From positions 420,001-452,000 of the forward strand of contig NC_016012.1 of NCBI RefSeq assembly GCF_000283555.1: a stretch of 32,000 bases of DNA. The letters run 5' to 3'. A program made the translations under genes and the position numbers. The number at the start of each line of letters is the position of its first letter. The stretch's first letter is position 1. Positions 1 to 9,701 of the stretch are shown piece after piece. Below the pieces are notes generated by a model, which was given only the letters and a program-made list of their open reading frames with translations, was not told the origin of the DNA and did not search any database. This DNA comes from Candidatus Arthromitus sp. SFB-rat-Yit. Lineage in GTDB: Bacteria > Bacillota > Clostridia > Clostridiales > Clostridiaceae.

Positions 1-384
1 AAAAATAGAAAAAAGAATGGATTTAGTATTATAGAGGTCATGGTATCATTTGTTATCATAATTATAATAGTACTTTTGATAGGACCTAATCTATTTTCTA
101 CATATGAAAGGTCTAAAGAGATGTCTAAGGTAAGTGATGCAAGCGCTATAGTTAATGCTACTGATATGCACAATTTAAATAGATTCATGGAAGGAGAAAT
201 TGAGGCAATTTCAGACAATATTACAATGTCTGAACTTCGTCAAATTAATGAACAATATAAGTATTTAAATAATTGGCCTAAATGGGTGACTGATTCCATG
301 ACATTAAAAGATATTAAAGATATAGCAAATAATAATTTAGTTAATAAAAGTACTATATCTAGAGCAATTGATAACAGAGTGTAA
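1..384 (+). CDS. Type IV pilin-like / pseudopilin protein (5' end truncated by window edge)
   Basis: Frame is open upstream of the ORF-track Met at 40: KNRKKNG|FSIIEVMVSFVIIIIIVLLIG, a class III signal peptide with Gly before Phe+1 and Glu+5, followed by a hydrophobic helix. Confidence 0.8.
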   Translation, partial: KNRKKNGFSIIEVMVSFVIIIIIVLLIGPNLFSTYERSKEMSKVSDASAIVNATDMHNLNRFMEGEIEAISDNITMSELRQINEQYKYLNNWPKWVTDSMTLKDIKDIANNNLVNKSTISRAIDNRV

Positions 385-385
385 T

Positions 386-1084
386 ATGAAATTAGGAATA
401 TATATTTACATATTGTTGAGCACTGTAATGAGTGCGATGTTAAATTTTTTAATTCTAAAAATTATAGGTAATTTAGATTATAAAATTTTTGGATTAAAAG
501 ATAAGAATGCTTCTATATTTGTAATATATAGAGGTATTTTTAAAGATAAAATATTATTATTTAGAATTTGTATTTGCAGTGTATTATTTATAATATTTAA
601 TACTATAATTTTATTTAAAATTTTAGATAAATTCAGTTTTATAATGATTTATACATATTTAAAATATTATTATTTATTTTTAGTGATTTATATATTTGCT
701 TTTATAGATTATATAACGTACTATGTTTATACGATTTTGTCATATCCAATAATTATATTTTCTTTAGTTATGTTTATATTGTCGTTTTTAGATTCAAGAA
801 ATATTAAAATCAATTTAGAAACTATAATTTTAATAGGATTTTTATATTTATTGATAAATAAATTTAAATTTCTAGGTGAAGGTGATTTCGATATATTATT
901 AATAGTAGCTTTGACTTTAGGAGTTTTACCTACAATATTTATTTTTTATTTATCAATAATTATGTCCGGGATAATAGGTATTGGGATTTTATTTAAGAAT
1001 TGTTTTAAATTGCAAAATAATAGATTAGCATTTGTCCCGTTTATTTTTATAGCAACTACAGTTTTTATAGCCCTAAAAGTATAA
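386..1084 (+). CDS. A24-family prepilin peptidase, short form
   Basis: Polytopic membrane protein with the GxGD motif (LGEGDFDILL) and an upstream membrane Asp (FAFIDYITYYV). Adjacent to a pilin gene. ATG at 386 is more plausible than TTG at 368. Confidence 0.75.
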   Translation: MKLGIYIYILLSTVMSAMLNFLILKIIGNLDYKIFGLKDKNASIFVIYRGIFKDKILLFRICICSVLFIIFNTIILFKILDKFSFIMIYTYLKYYYLFLVIYIFAFIDYITYYVYTILSYPIIIFSLVMFILSFLDSRNIKINLETIILIGFLYLLINKFKFLGEGDFDILLIVALTLGVLPTIFIFYLSIIMSGIIGIGILFKNCFKLQNNRLAFVPFIFIATTVFIALKV

Positions 1085-1314
1085 ATATTAATTTATTTTA
1101 ATTAATATTTAAATATTAGATTGAAACCTAATTATATAAGTAGTATAATTGTATAAATATACTTTGATTGTATAATTGAAAATTAGATTTTTATCTGTTA
1201 ATATTTAGGGTTATTTGAGAGGATATTTGTTAATGTAAATAATTAAATAGTTACATAGAAATTTATATAGAAAAATTATTTTTGAATTGTATAATTTAAA
1301 AACTGGCTATCTGG

Positions 1315-1377
1315 ATGCCCTTATTAACGTATTACTTTGATTAAATTGTAGTAAGTTAATACTGTGGCATTTTTTTA
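1315..1377 (+). terminator. Stem-loop plus T-tract just upstream of oppB
   Basis: ATGCC...TATTAAC.TATTACTT...AGTAAG.TTAATA...GGCAT followed by TTTTTT; bulged long stem. Confidence 0.6.
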
Positions 1378-1400
1378 TTAATATTTAGGTGGTGTACTTG

Positions 1401-2366
1401 ATGAAGCAATATATAATAAGGAGATTACTCTTATTTATACCAATAATACTTGGGATATCATTCATTTTATTTTTTTTATATGTGTCATCGCCAGGTGACC
1501 CATTATCAGGGATAATAGCAACACAACCTGGTATAACACCGGAAAGAATACAGGAGTTGAGAACTCTTTATGGACTTGATGGAAGTATTATTCAGAGGTA
1601 TTTTAACTGGTTGAAAAATGCGATAAGATTTGATTTTGGAGTATCTCTCAATTATAGAGAACCTGTTAGTTCGATATTAGGTGTGTATATTTGGAATTCA
1701 TTTTATTTAAATGTATTGTCATTTTTATTTTCAGTATTTGTGTCAATTCCATTAGGGATATATATATCAACAAAACATGGTAAAGCATTAGATAAATTTG
1801 TGCTTACTTTTTCATTGTTATTTACATCATTACCAACTTTTGTTTTAGGTATTATCGCTATAAAATATGTGGCACCTTTACTTGGATTACCAATTATAGG
1901 TATGACGACCATAGGAAGTAATTATGTAGGGTTTGCTTATATAAAAGATGTCTTACTTCATACAGCCTTACCTTTTATAATTTTAAGTTTATTTAGTTTA
2001 GCAGGTACTTTAAGAGTTGTTAAAACATCTATGCTTGAAATAATAAGACAAGATTATATAAGAACGGCAAGAGCAAAAGGAGTAAGTGAGAGAGTAGTTG
2101 TATATAAACATGCATTTAGGAATGCATTAATCCCTTTGATACCTATTATTGTTGGAGGTATTGTTACTCTATTTAGTGGATCGATAATAATTGAGCAAGT
2201 TTTTGGCTGGCCTGGTATAGGTAATATAACTTATCAAGCTATTTTAAATAGAGATTACCCATTATTGATGGGATCTGCTATGTTTTATGCAGTATTAACT
2301 ATATTTTCAAACTTATTAACTGATATTGTTTATGCGTTTGTTGATCCGAGAATAAGACTAAAATAG
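1401..2366 (+). CDS. oppB: Oligopeptide ABC transporter permease OppB
   Basis: Binding-protein-dependent permease; EAA-like loop (TARAKGVSERVVVYKHAFRNALIPLIPI). RBS AGGTGG precedes ATG at 1401. Confidence 0.93.
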   Translation: MKQYIIRRLLLFIPIILGISFILFFLYVSSPGDPLSGIIATQPGITPERIQELRTLYGLDGSIIQRYFNWLKNAIRFDFGVSLNYREPVSSILGVYIWNSFYLNVLSFLFSVFVSIPLGIYISTKHGKALDKFVLTFSLLFTSLPTFVLGIIAIKYVAPLLGLPIIGMTTIGSNYVGFAYIKDVLLHTALPFIILSLFSLAGTLRVVKTSMLEIIRQDYIRTARAKGVSERVVVYKHAFRNALIPLIPIIVGGIVTLFSGSIIIEQVFGWPGIGNITYQAILNRDYPLLMGSAMFYAVLTIFSNLLTDIVYAFVDPRIRLK

Positions 2367-2378
2367 GAGGTTAAGATT

Positions 2379-3308
2379 GTGAAAAAAGATAAAGAATTGA
2401 TTGTTAAAGATAAGAGTGAATTTGATGAAGAAAATTATAAAGTTGAATCTCCAACAAAAATTATATTTAGAAGGTTATTAAAAGATAAATTAGCTATACT
2501 TGGATTTGCTATGCTCATAATAATTTTAATATTAATTTTGATTGTTCCATTATTTAGTCAAGATTCATCTACGATAAATATATTGATTAAAAATCAATCT
2601 CCTTCCCATGAACATATTTTGGGAACAGATGCATTAGGAAGAGATATGTTTGCGAGGGTTCTTGAAGGAGGAAGATTTTCATTTTTTGTAGGGTTTGCAG
2701 CAACTATTATATCTGTGTTTTTAGGAACATTTTTTGGGCTTGTAGCAGGTTATTATGGTGGAGTAATTGATATGATTATAATGAGAGTTGTCGATATTTT
2801 GATGAGTATACCAACGCTTCCATTACTTATCATACTGGCTGCGTTTTTATCTGACTTAGAAGTAAATCCTAAATATAGAATTTATGTAACATTAGGATTA
2901 TTAGCATTTATATTTTGGACGACGTATTGCAGGAATATAAGGGGTATAGTTTTATTACTTAGAGAACAAGAGTATATGCAAGCTACTGAAGCTTTAGGAT
3001 TTTCGACATTTAGGAAATTATTTGGTCATCTGTTACCTAATATATTGCCATATATAATACTTTATATAGCAAGCGGTCTAGGTACTATGATGATTTTTGA
3101 AGCGAGTTTGAGTTATTTAGGTTTAGGTGTTCAAGCACCATATGCATCTCTTGGAAATTTATTGCAAACCACGCGTAATTTCTTTGATTTAACTAAGAGA
3201 GTATGGCTATGGATTCCACCTACTATTTTATTATTTACATCAGTTTTATCTATAAACTTGGTTGGTGAGGGTTTAAGAAATGCTATAGACCCAAGACTTA
3301 AGAAGTAG
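2379..3308 (+). CDS. oppC: Oligopeptide ABC transporter permease OppC
   Basis: LGTDALGRDMFARVLEGGRFSFFVGFAATIIS and a permease C-terminus typical of OppC/DppC; operon context. Confidence 0.93.
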   Translation: MKKDKELIVKDKSEFDEENYKVESPTKIIFRRLLKDKLAILGFAMLIIILILILIVPLFSQDSSTINILIKNQSPSHEHILGTDALGRDMFARVLEGGRFSFFVGFAATIISVFLGTFFGLVAGYYGGVIDMIIMRVVDILMSIPTLPLLIILAAFLSDLEVNPKYRIYVTLGLLAFIFWTTYCRNIRGIVLLLREQEYMQATEALGFSTFRKLFGHLLPNILPYIILYIASGLGTMMIFEASLSYLGLGVQAPYASLGNLLQTTRNFFDLTKRVWLWIPPTILLFTSVLSINLVGEGLRNAIDPRLKK

Positions 3309-3319
3309 AGGTGGTTTAT

Positions 3320-4306
3320 ATGAGTAAAAAAATAGTAGAATTTAAAAATTTATGTGTTTCTTTTAAAGTGGAAGAAGGAACAGTTAAAGCAGTAAATGAT
3401 GTTAGTTTTGAAATTAGAGAAGGTGAAGTATTAGGAATTGTAGGAGAGTCAGGATGTGGTAAATCAGTTACATCAATGTCTTTAATGAGGTTATTATCTG
3501 TTCCGCCTGCTAAATATGAGTCAGGAAGTATTTATTTAAATGGAACAGATATTTTAACCTTATCTGAAGAAGAAATGAGAAAAAGAAGAGGTTCTGAGGT
3601 AGCTATGATTTTCCAGGAACCTATGACATCATTAAATCCAGTAATGAAAATTGGATATCAAATTTCTGAAGTAATAATTATACATCATAAAGTATCTAAG
3701 AAAGAAGCAAAGAGACGTTCTATTGAGATGATAAAGCTAGTTGGTATACCAAGGGCTGAATCGATCTATGATTCATATCCTCATGAATTATCGGGAGGAA
3801 TGCGTCAAAGGATAATGATTGCTATTGCTTTGGTATGTAATCCTCAGGTTTTAATTGCTGATGAACCAACTACAGCATTAGATGTTACTATACAAGCACA
3901 AATATTAGATTTAATAAAGAATATGAGAGAAAAACTTGGTACTTCTATAATGATGATAACTCATGATTTAGGAGTTATAGCAGAAATGGCTGATTATGTT
4001 ATTGTTATGTATGCAGGAAAAGTTGTAGAAAAGGCTAAAGTAAGAGAAATATTTAATAATCCTAAACATCCATATACAATTGGACTTATGAGATCAAAAC
4101 CTACATTTGAAGGTAGTACAGGTAAATTATACTCTATACCTGGGCAAGTTCCAAACCCGATGGATTTACCAAATTATTGTTATTTTTATGATAGATGTGA
4201 TAGAAGACAAGAGAGTTGCAAGAAAGGTATACCGGATTTAGTAAAGGTTAATGATGCACATTATGCTTCTTGCTATATTTTGGGTGAGGAGGTAAATAAT
4301 GAGTAA
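3320..4306 (+). CDS. oppD: Oligopeptide ABC transporter ATPase OppD
   Basis: Walker A GESGCGKS, signature LSGGMRQR, Walker B LIADEPTTALD, Cys-containing C-terminal region. Start at ATG 3320. Confidence 0.94.
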   Translation: MSKKIVEFKNLCVSFKVEEGTVKAVNDVSFEIREGEVLGIVGESGCGKSVTSMSLMRLLSVPPAKYESGSIYLNGTDILTLSEEEMRKRRGSEVAMIFQEPMTSLNPVMKIGYQISEVIIIHHKVSKKEAKRRSIEMIKLVGIPRAESIYDSYPHELSGGMRQRIMIAIALVCNPQVLIADEPTTALDVTIQAQILDLIKNMREKLGTSIMMITHDLGVIAEMADYVIVMYAGKVVEKAKVREIFNNPKHPYTIGLMRSKPTFEGSTGKLYSIPGQVPNPMDLPNYCYFYDRCDRRQESCKKGIPDLVKVNDAHYASCYILGEEVNNE

Positions 4307-5270
4307 CGATAAAATTATTGAAGTAATAAATTTAAAAAAATATTTTCCAATTAAAAATGGAGTTTTACAGAGAGTTGTAGGAAATGTAAAGGCGGTTGAT
4401 GATGTTTCTTTTACAATAAACAAGGGTGAAACTTATTCGCTTGTTGGTGAATCAGGTTGTGGAAAATCAACTTTGGGTAGGACGGTTATTAAATTATTAG
4501 ATAAAACAGATGGGACAGTTTTATTTAAAGGTATTGATATCTATAGTTTGTCTAAGAAAGAAATGAGAGAACTTAGACTTAAAATGCAAATAATATTTCA
4601 AGATCCATTTAGCTCTCTAAATCCAAGAAAGTCTGTTGGTGATTTGATAGGTGAAGCATTGATTGCTCATAAAGTTGTAAATAGCAAGAAAGAGTACTAT
4701 AATAAAGTTGGAGAAGTTATGGAAATATGTGGTCTTGCAAAATATCATATGAAAAGATATCCACATGAATTTTCTGGAGGTCAAAGACAGAGGATATGTA
4801 TAGCTAGGGGATTAATTTTAAATCCAGAATTTATAGTTGCTGATGAACCAGTATCGGCATTAGATGTTTCTATACAATCTCAAATAATAAATTTACTTCA
4901 GCAATTCCAAGAAGAATATAAGTTAAGTTATTTGTTTATATCTCATGATTTGAGTGTTGTAAGACATATAAGTCATAGAGTAGGTGTTTTATATTTGGGT
5001 TCTTTGGTTGAAGAAGCAAAGAAAGATGATTTATATTCAAAACCACTACATCCATATACACAGGTTTTAATATCTTGTGTTCCTTTACCTGATCCAGATA
5101 GAAAAAATGAAAGGATAGTATTAAAAGGGGATATACCTAGTGCATCGAACCCTCCATATGGATGTAAGTTTCATACAAGATGTTTACATGTTAAAGAAAT
5201 ATGTAGACATGATACTCCAATATTAAAAGATTTAGGTAATGGGCATAAAGTAGCATGTCATCTATATTAA
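4299..5270 (+). CDS. oppF: Oligopeptide ABC transporter ATPase OppF
   Basis: Walker A GESGCGKS, FSGGQRQR, FIVADEPVSALD; overlaps the oppD end by 8 nt. Confidence 0.94.
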   Translation: MSNDKIIEVINLKKYFPIKNGVLQRVVGNVKAVDDVSFTINKGETYSLVGESGCGKSTLGRTVIKLLDKTDGTVLFKGIDIYSLSKKEMRELRLKMQIIFQDPFSSLNPRKSVGDLIGEALIAHKVVNSKKEYYNKVGEVMEICGLAKYHMKRYPHEFSGGQRQRICIARGLILNPEFIVADEPVSALDVSIQSQIINLLQQFQEEYKLSYLFISHDLSVVRHISHRVGVLYLGSLVEEAKKDDLYSKPLHPYTQVLISCVPLPDPDRKNERIVLKGDIPSASNPPYGCKFHTRCLHVKEICRHDTPILKDLGNGHKVACHLY

Positions 5271-5320
5271 ATTTATTTTAAAATAAATTTAATATAGATT
5301 TTATATAAATAAAATCTATA
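5261..5320. repeat. Two overlapping perfect inverted repeats (38-bp palindrome and a 12-bp stem with 4-nt loop)
   Basis: TCTATATTAAATTTATTTT|AAAATAAATTTAATATAGA (5261-5298) and TATAGATTTTAT-ATAA-ATAAAATCTATA (5293-5320), sharing 6 nt. Confidence 0.9.
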
Positions 5321-5363
5321 ATTATTAAATTTTATTAAAGTTTATAATTTCTAGGAGGATTAA

Positions 5364-7142
5364 ATGAGAAAGAAGAAATTAATTAGTATTTTGGGATTGG
5401 TTTTAGGATTTATGTTTGTTGTTTCCTCTTGTTCCACATCAAATTCAAATCAATCAACTAAACCTAATGTTAATCAAAATCAGTTAAATGTATCTCTTGT
5501 AAATGGTACGGGTGAGTATGATGAAAAGACTTTATATTTAAAAGCTAGTGAACCAGAACGTTTACCTTCAACTTCAGCAAATAGAAAGGATACGCTTATA
5601 ATTGGAATAATAAATCCAAATGGTGTATTTAATCCATTACTTGAAGAGTCACAATATGATTCGGATGTAAATGATGCTATATGGGCCCCATTACTTGAAG
5701 TAAATTATGATGGAACAATAATAGAAGGGTTGGCCTATTTACCTGAAGTGTCTGAAGATGGAAAGACTTATACATTTACTTTGAAAGATGGTATTAAGTG
5801 GCAAGATGGTACACCTATAACATCACAAGATTTTGAGTTTACATTTAAATATATAATGGATAAAACATATACTGGAAGATTTGAAAGAGAAAGTTTAAAT
5901 GTTCTAGGATGGGAAGCTTATAGGGATGGTACATCCACTAATATTGAAGGATTTAAAATAATAGATGATAATAAGTTTTCAGTTACAGTAGATAATCCCA
6001 ATGCTAAAACTTTGACTTATTTTTCTAAAGATCTTAAGCCTTTAGCTAAACATGTGTATGGAGCAGATTATGTTCAAGGAAATGCTAAGGATTTAGATAA
6101 ATTTAATAGGAATCCGTTTGGTAATGGAGCTTATAAGTTTGTGAATTATAAAGATGGAGAAGAGGTAGTTTTAGTTGCTAATGAAAATTATTATAAAGGT
6201 GTTCCAAAGGTTAAAAATTTAGTTTTCAGAGTAGTAAATGAAACTAACCAAATGCTATTGTTGCAAAATGGTGATGTAGATATAATGAATGGAACTATAG
6301 CAGTTACTACAGAAAATTTATCACTTGTAAATCAACTTGGATTTGCTAATGCAAATATAGTTGAACTTTTAGGATATGGATATATTGCTATAAACCATAA
6401 AGAACCAATTATGCAGGATTTAAATGTTAGAAGGGCATTAGCTTATGGTTTAGACAGAGCTTCTGTTGTGGAAGCTGCATTTGGAGGGCAGGCGAATGTG
6501 ATAGATATTCCACAATCTACAGTTTCTTGGGCTTATCCAGATGAAAAAGATTATACACATTATGAATATAATCCAGAAAAAGCAAAACAACTTTTAGAAG
6601 AGGCAGGTTGGAAAGTTGGCTCTGATGGAATAAGAGAAAAAGATGGGGTTAAATTATCACTTAAATTTTTAGCATCTTCTCCGAATAGTGTTAATGATAT
6701 CTTAGTTCCTGTAATGATTGAAAACTATAAGGCAATTGGTATAGAATTAAAAGCTGAGCAAATGGAATTTAGAACTCTGATTGATAAACAGAGCGAAGCA
6801 AGAGAGGGTAATTTTTCTTACCATTTAGCATTTTTAGCATGGTCTCTTGATATTGATCCAGACTCAACTTCAACATTTGGTTCAACAGGTGCAAATAATA
6901 AAATTTCATACTCAAATCCTACTATTGATAAATTGTTGAGTGATGCTTTAAATGAAATGGATCAAACTAAGAGAAAAGCATTATACGCACAGTTATATAA
7001 AGAAATTTCAGAAGATCTTCCATATTTATTCTTATATCAAAGAAAGAACATGAGTGTTTATTCTTCTAAAGTAAAAGGAATAGACATAGAAACTCCTTAT
7101 AGAACGTTTAAGGATGACTTAGAAAAGATTTCAATCGAATAG
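5364..7142 (+). CDS. oppA: Oligopeptide-binding lipoprotein OppA (SBP family 5)
   Basis: Lipobox (VVSSCSTS), SBP_bac_5 features (WQDGTPITSQDFEFTFKYIMD, NPFGNGAYKF, LNVRRALAYGLDR); RBS AGGAGG. Confidence 0.93.
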   Translation: MRKKKLISILGLVLGFMFVVSSCSTSNSNQSTKPNVNQNQLNVSLVNGTGEYDEKTLYLKASEPERLPSTSANRKDTLIIGIINPNGVFNPLLEESQYDSDVNDAIWAPLLEVNYDGTIIEGLAYLPEVSEDGKTYTFTLKDGIKWQDGTPITSQDFEFTFKYIMDKTYTGRFERESLNVLGWEAYRDGTSTNIEGFKIIDDNKFSVTVDNPNAKTLTYFSKDLKPLAKHVYGADYVQGNAKDLDKFNRNPFGNGAYKFVNYKDGEEVVLVANENYYKGVPKVKNLVFRVVNETNQMLLLQNGDVDIMNGTIAVTTENLSLVNQLGFANANIVELLGYGYIAINHKEPIMQDLNVRRALAYGLDRASVVEAAFGGQANVIDIPQSTVSWAYPDEKDYTHYEYNPEKAKQLLEEAGWKVGSDGIREKDGVKLSLKFLASSPNSVNDILVPVMIENYKAIGIELKAEQMEFRTLIDKQSEAREGNFSYHLAFLAWSLDIDPDSTSTFGSTGANNKISYSNPTIDKLLSDALNEMDQTKRKALYAQLYKEISEDLPYLFLYQRKNMSVYSSKVKGIDIETPYRTFKDDLEKISIE

Positions 7143-7161
7143 TAAATAATTGATTAAATAA

Positions 7162-7215
7162 AATCTTGCTTGTATATTAATTTTATTATTTAATATATAC
7201 AAGTGGGATTTTTTA
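7162..7215 (+). terminator. Intrinsic terminator between the two oppA paralogues
   Basis: AAATC/CTTGTATATTAA ... TTAATATATACAAG/GGATTT followed by a T run. Confidence 0.7.
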
Positions 7216-7232
7216 TTTGGTATAGAAAGAGG

Positions 7233-8984
7233 ATGATTAAGTTAAATAAGTTTTTAGGTTTTGTTTTGATTTTTATGATGTTTACTTTTTGTTCTTGTGA
7301 AAAGCAAGGTGAAATTGTACAAAATAGGGAAGTTGTATTTGTTAACGGAGTGGATGAGTTTGATAAAGAAACTTTATATTTAATTCCATCAAATCCAGAT
7401 GCTTTGCCTAAAAATTCTTTGAACAGGAAAGATACTTTGATAATTGGAATGCCTGCACCTAGTGGTGTATTTAATCCATTATTTGCAATTTCGGTAAATG
7501 ATGTTGATGTTAATGATACAATGTGGGATCCTATTTTAGAGATTGATGGTAATGGAAATGTTACAGATGGTGTAACTTATTTGCCTGAAATTTTAAAAGA
7601 TGAGAATACTTATAATTTTACAATTAAAGACGATGCTGTGTGGCAAGATGGTGAGCCAATTACTTCTTATGATATGGAATTTACGTTTAAAGTTTTAATG
7701 GATAAAACTTATACTGGTACTTTTGAGAGAGATAATTTTAATATGTTTGGATGGGAAAATTATAGAGATGGAGTAACAGATAGTATAGAAGGATTTAAAA
7801 TAATAGATGATAAACGATTTTCTATTAAGTTTAATTCTATAAATGCTAAGAAAAATTATTATTTTGAGAGAATTAAGCCACTTGCTTTTCATGTTTATGG
7901 TAAAGATTATGTTCAAGGAGAAGCATTTAAAATTGAATTGTTAAATAGAAAACCATTTGGTAATGGTCCGTATAAATTCGTTGAATATATAGAAGGCGAA
8001 GAAGTAAGACTTGTAGCAAATGAAAATTATTATAATGGTAAGCCTAAGATTAAAAATTTAATACTTAAAGTAATTAATGATTCAAATCAAATTTCTTTAA
8101 TAGAAAATGGTGATGTTGATATAATAAGAAAAACGATATTGCCAACACAAGAAAATTTTACTATTTTAAATGATATGGGATTTGTTGGTGGAATTTTAAC
8201 CGATGTATTGGGTTATGGATATATTGCAATAAATCATAAAGAAGAAATTATGAGAGATATAAATATACGGCAAGCACTTGCATATGGGTTAGATCGAGAA
8301 ACAATAGTAAAAGCAAGTTTTGGAGATTATGGAAGTGTATTAGATATACCACAAAATAAGAATTCCTATTTTTATCCAGATACTGAAGATTTTATTAAAT
8401 ATGATTATAACCCAGATAAGGCAATTGAGCTTTTAGAGAAGTCTGGTTGGTTTTTAGGAGAGGATGGTATAAGAGAAAGAAATGGACAAAAATTGAGTTT
8501 AAAATTTATAGTGGGTTCTACAAATGAAGTTAATGATGTGTTGATTCCTATAATGATTGATAATTATAAGAAAATTGGTATTGATATTATGGTTGAATTT
8601 ATGGAATCTAAAACGTTAATTCAAAGACAAAAGGATGCAAAAGATGGGAAGTTCTCTTATCATTTATCATTTATGTTTACACCTTTTGCTAGCCCTGATC
8701 CTGATTCATCATCAAGATTTTCTACAAATGGACCTTCAAATAGATTTTCATATTCAAACGAAACTGTTGATAAACTTCTTGAAGATGCATTAAATGAACT
8801 TGATAATGTTAAAAGGAAAGAAATATACGCAGAATTATACAAAGAGATTGCATATGATCTTCCATATATATTCTTATTTGAGAGAAAGAATATTGATATA
8901 TATACTTCAAAGGTTAAAGGAATTAAAAATTATAATTTAAATAGATGGTTCTCAAAGGATCTTGAAAAACTGTATATAGAATAA
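7233..8984 (+). CDS. Second oligopeptide-binding lipoprotein, tandem OppA paralogue
   Basis: Strong alignment-by-eye to the preceding OppA along the full length; lipobox FTFCSC. The track start (GTG 7203) lies inside the terminator. Confidence 0.9.
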   Translation: MIKLNKFLGFVLIFMMFTFCSCEKQGEIVQNREVVFVNGVDEFDKETLYLIPSNPDALPKNSLNRKDTLIIGMPAPSGVFNPLFAISVNDVDVNDTMWDPILEIDGNGNVTDGVTYLPEILKDENTYNFTIKDDAVWQDGEPITSYDMEFTFKVLMDKTYTGTFERDNFNMFGWENYRDGVTDSIEGFKIIDDKRFSIKFNSINAKKNYYFERIKPLAFHVYGKDYVQGEAFKIELLNRKPFGNGPYKFVEYIEGEEVRLVANENYYNGKPKIKNLILKVINDSNQISLIENGDVDIIRKTILPTQENFTILNDMGFVGGILTDVLGYGYIAINHKEEIMRDINIRQALAYGLDRETIVKASFGDYGSVLDIPQNKNSYFYPDTEDFIKYDYNPDKAIELLEKSGWFLGEDGIRERNGQKLSLKFIVGSTNEVNDVLIPIMIDNYKKIGIDIMVEFMESKTLIQRQKDAKDGKFSYHLSFMFTPFASPDPDSSSRFSTNGPSNRFSYSNETVDKLLEDALNELDNVKRKEIYAELYKEIAYDLPYIFLFERKNIDIYTSKVKGIKNYNLNRWFSKDLEKLYIE

Positions 8985-9014
8985 AAGCTATCTTATCTTT
9001 AAGATAGCTTTTTA
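8981..9014. terminator. Terminator between convergent oppA paralogue and dpaB
   Basis: AAAAGCTATCTT ... AAGATAGCTTTTT. Confidence 0.85.
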
Positions 9015-9599
9015 TATTGTTATTATTGGTCTTATTTGCTTTCCTTCAAGAGCAAGAAACATGGTATCAATAATTTTTGAGTAATCCGCAACAAGAGAGT
9101 TTGGTTTTGATACAATATTATCTTGAATCATTGGAGCAAAATAAATATTTTTAGTATTTATAAGTGAAGATATATTTTTAAGCGTAATACCTAATGCGTC
9201 ATTTGATGATAATGCAATCACGAGAGGTTTATCTTGTCCTCTTAGAAAAGATTTGACTGCCATAGTAACCGGAGTGTCATTTATACCATTTGCAATTTTA
9301 CCTAGAGTGTTTGATGTGCATGGAGCAACCATAAATAAATCTAGAAAATTTTTAGGACCTATAGACTCAGATTCTTCGATACTTTTTAATATGGTATTTT
9401 TAGTTTTGTTTTTTAAAAATTTCATAGTTTCTTCTGGAATTGCAAATCTATTTTTGATCTTTTGAACGTTGAAGGAAACAATAGGATATATACAAGCACC
9501 CAATTCTATAAGTTTTTCCATTAGAGAAAAAGAATTTTTAAAAGTACAAAATGATCCCGTTATAGCATAACCGATTTTTAGACCGTTTAAATTTTTCAT
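9012..9599 (-). CDS. dpaB: Dipicolinate synthase subunit B (SpoVFB/DpaB-like flavoprotein)
   Basis: GLKIGYAITGSFCTF and VAPCTSNTLGKIANGINDTPVTMAVKSFLRGQDKPLVIALSSNDALG; minus-strand RBS GAGGTTATTTATG supports the second Met. Confidence 0.88.
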   Translation of the reverse strand: MKNLNGLKIGYAITGSFCTFKNSFSLMEKLIELGACIYPIVSFNVQKIKNRFAIPEETMKFLKNKTKNTILKSIEESESIGPKNFLDLFMVAPCTSNTLGKIANGINDTPVTMAVKSFLRGQDKPLVIALSSNDALGITLKNISSLINTKNIYFAPMIQDNIVSKPNSLVADYSKIIDTMFLALEGKQIRPIITI

Positions 9600-9701
9600 A
9601 AATAACCTCATAATACATTAATAAAAAAGAAAATTATATAATAAGAAAATATTCTCAAATGTATTAAAAGGTTACTGAGATAGGGGGTACTTTTGGATTG
9701 G

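Noticed and set aside
1085-1388. T-box or named riboswitch in the opp leader
   Set aside because: No T-box sequence or recognisable aptamer core was seen; the likely leader before the hairpin is too short. Only a terminator-like hairpin is reported.
1703-1912. Antisense ORF inside oppB (and similar ones at 4238-4423, 7695-7916, 8660-8842, 9253-9465, 12702-12951, 15358-15707, 16457-16726, 17759-18076, 23081-23263, 24826-25065, 26284-26586, 27055-27243, 28036-28239, 29998-30231)
   Set aside because: All lie opposite well-supported genes (or, in the last two cases, recognisable remnants). They show no clear RBS or recognisable family and are best explained as shadow ORFs.
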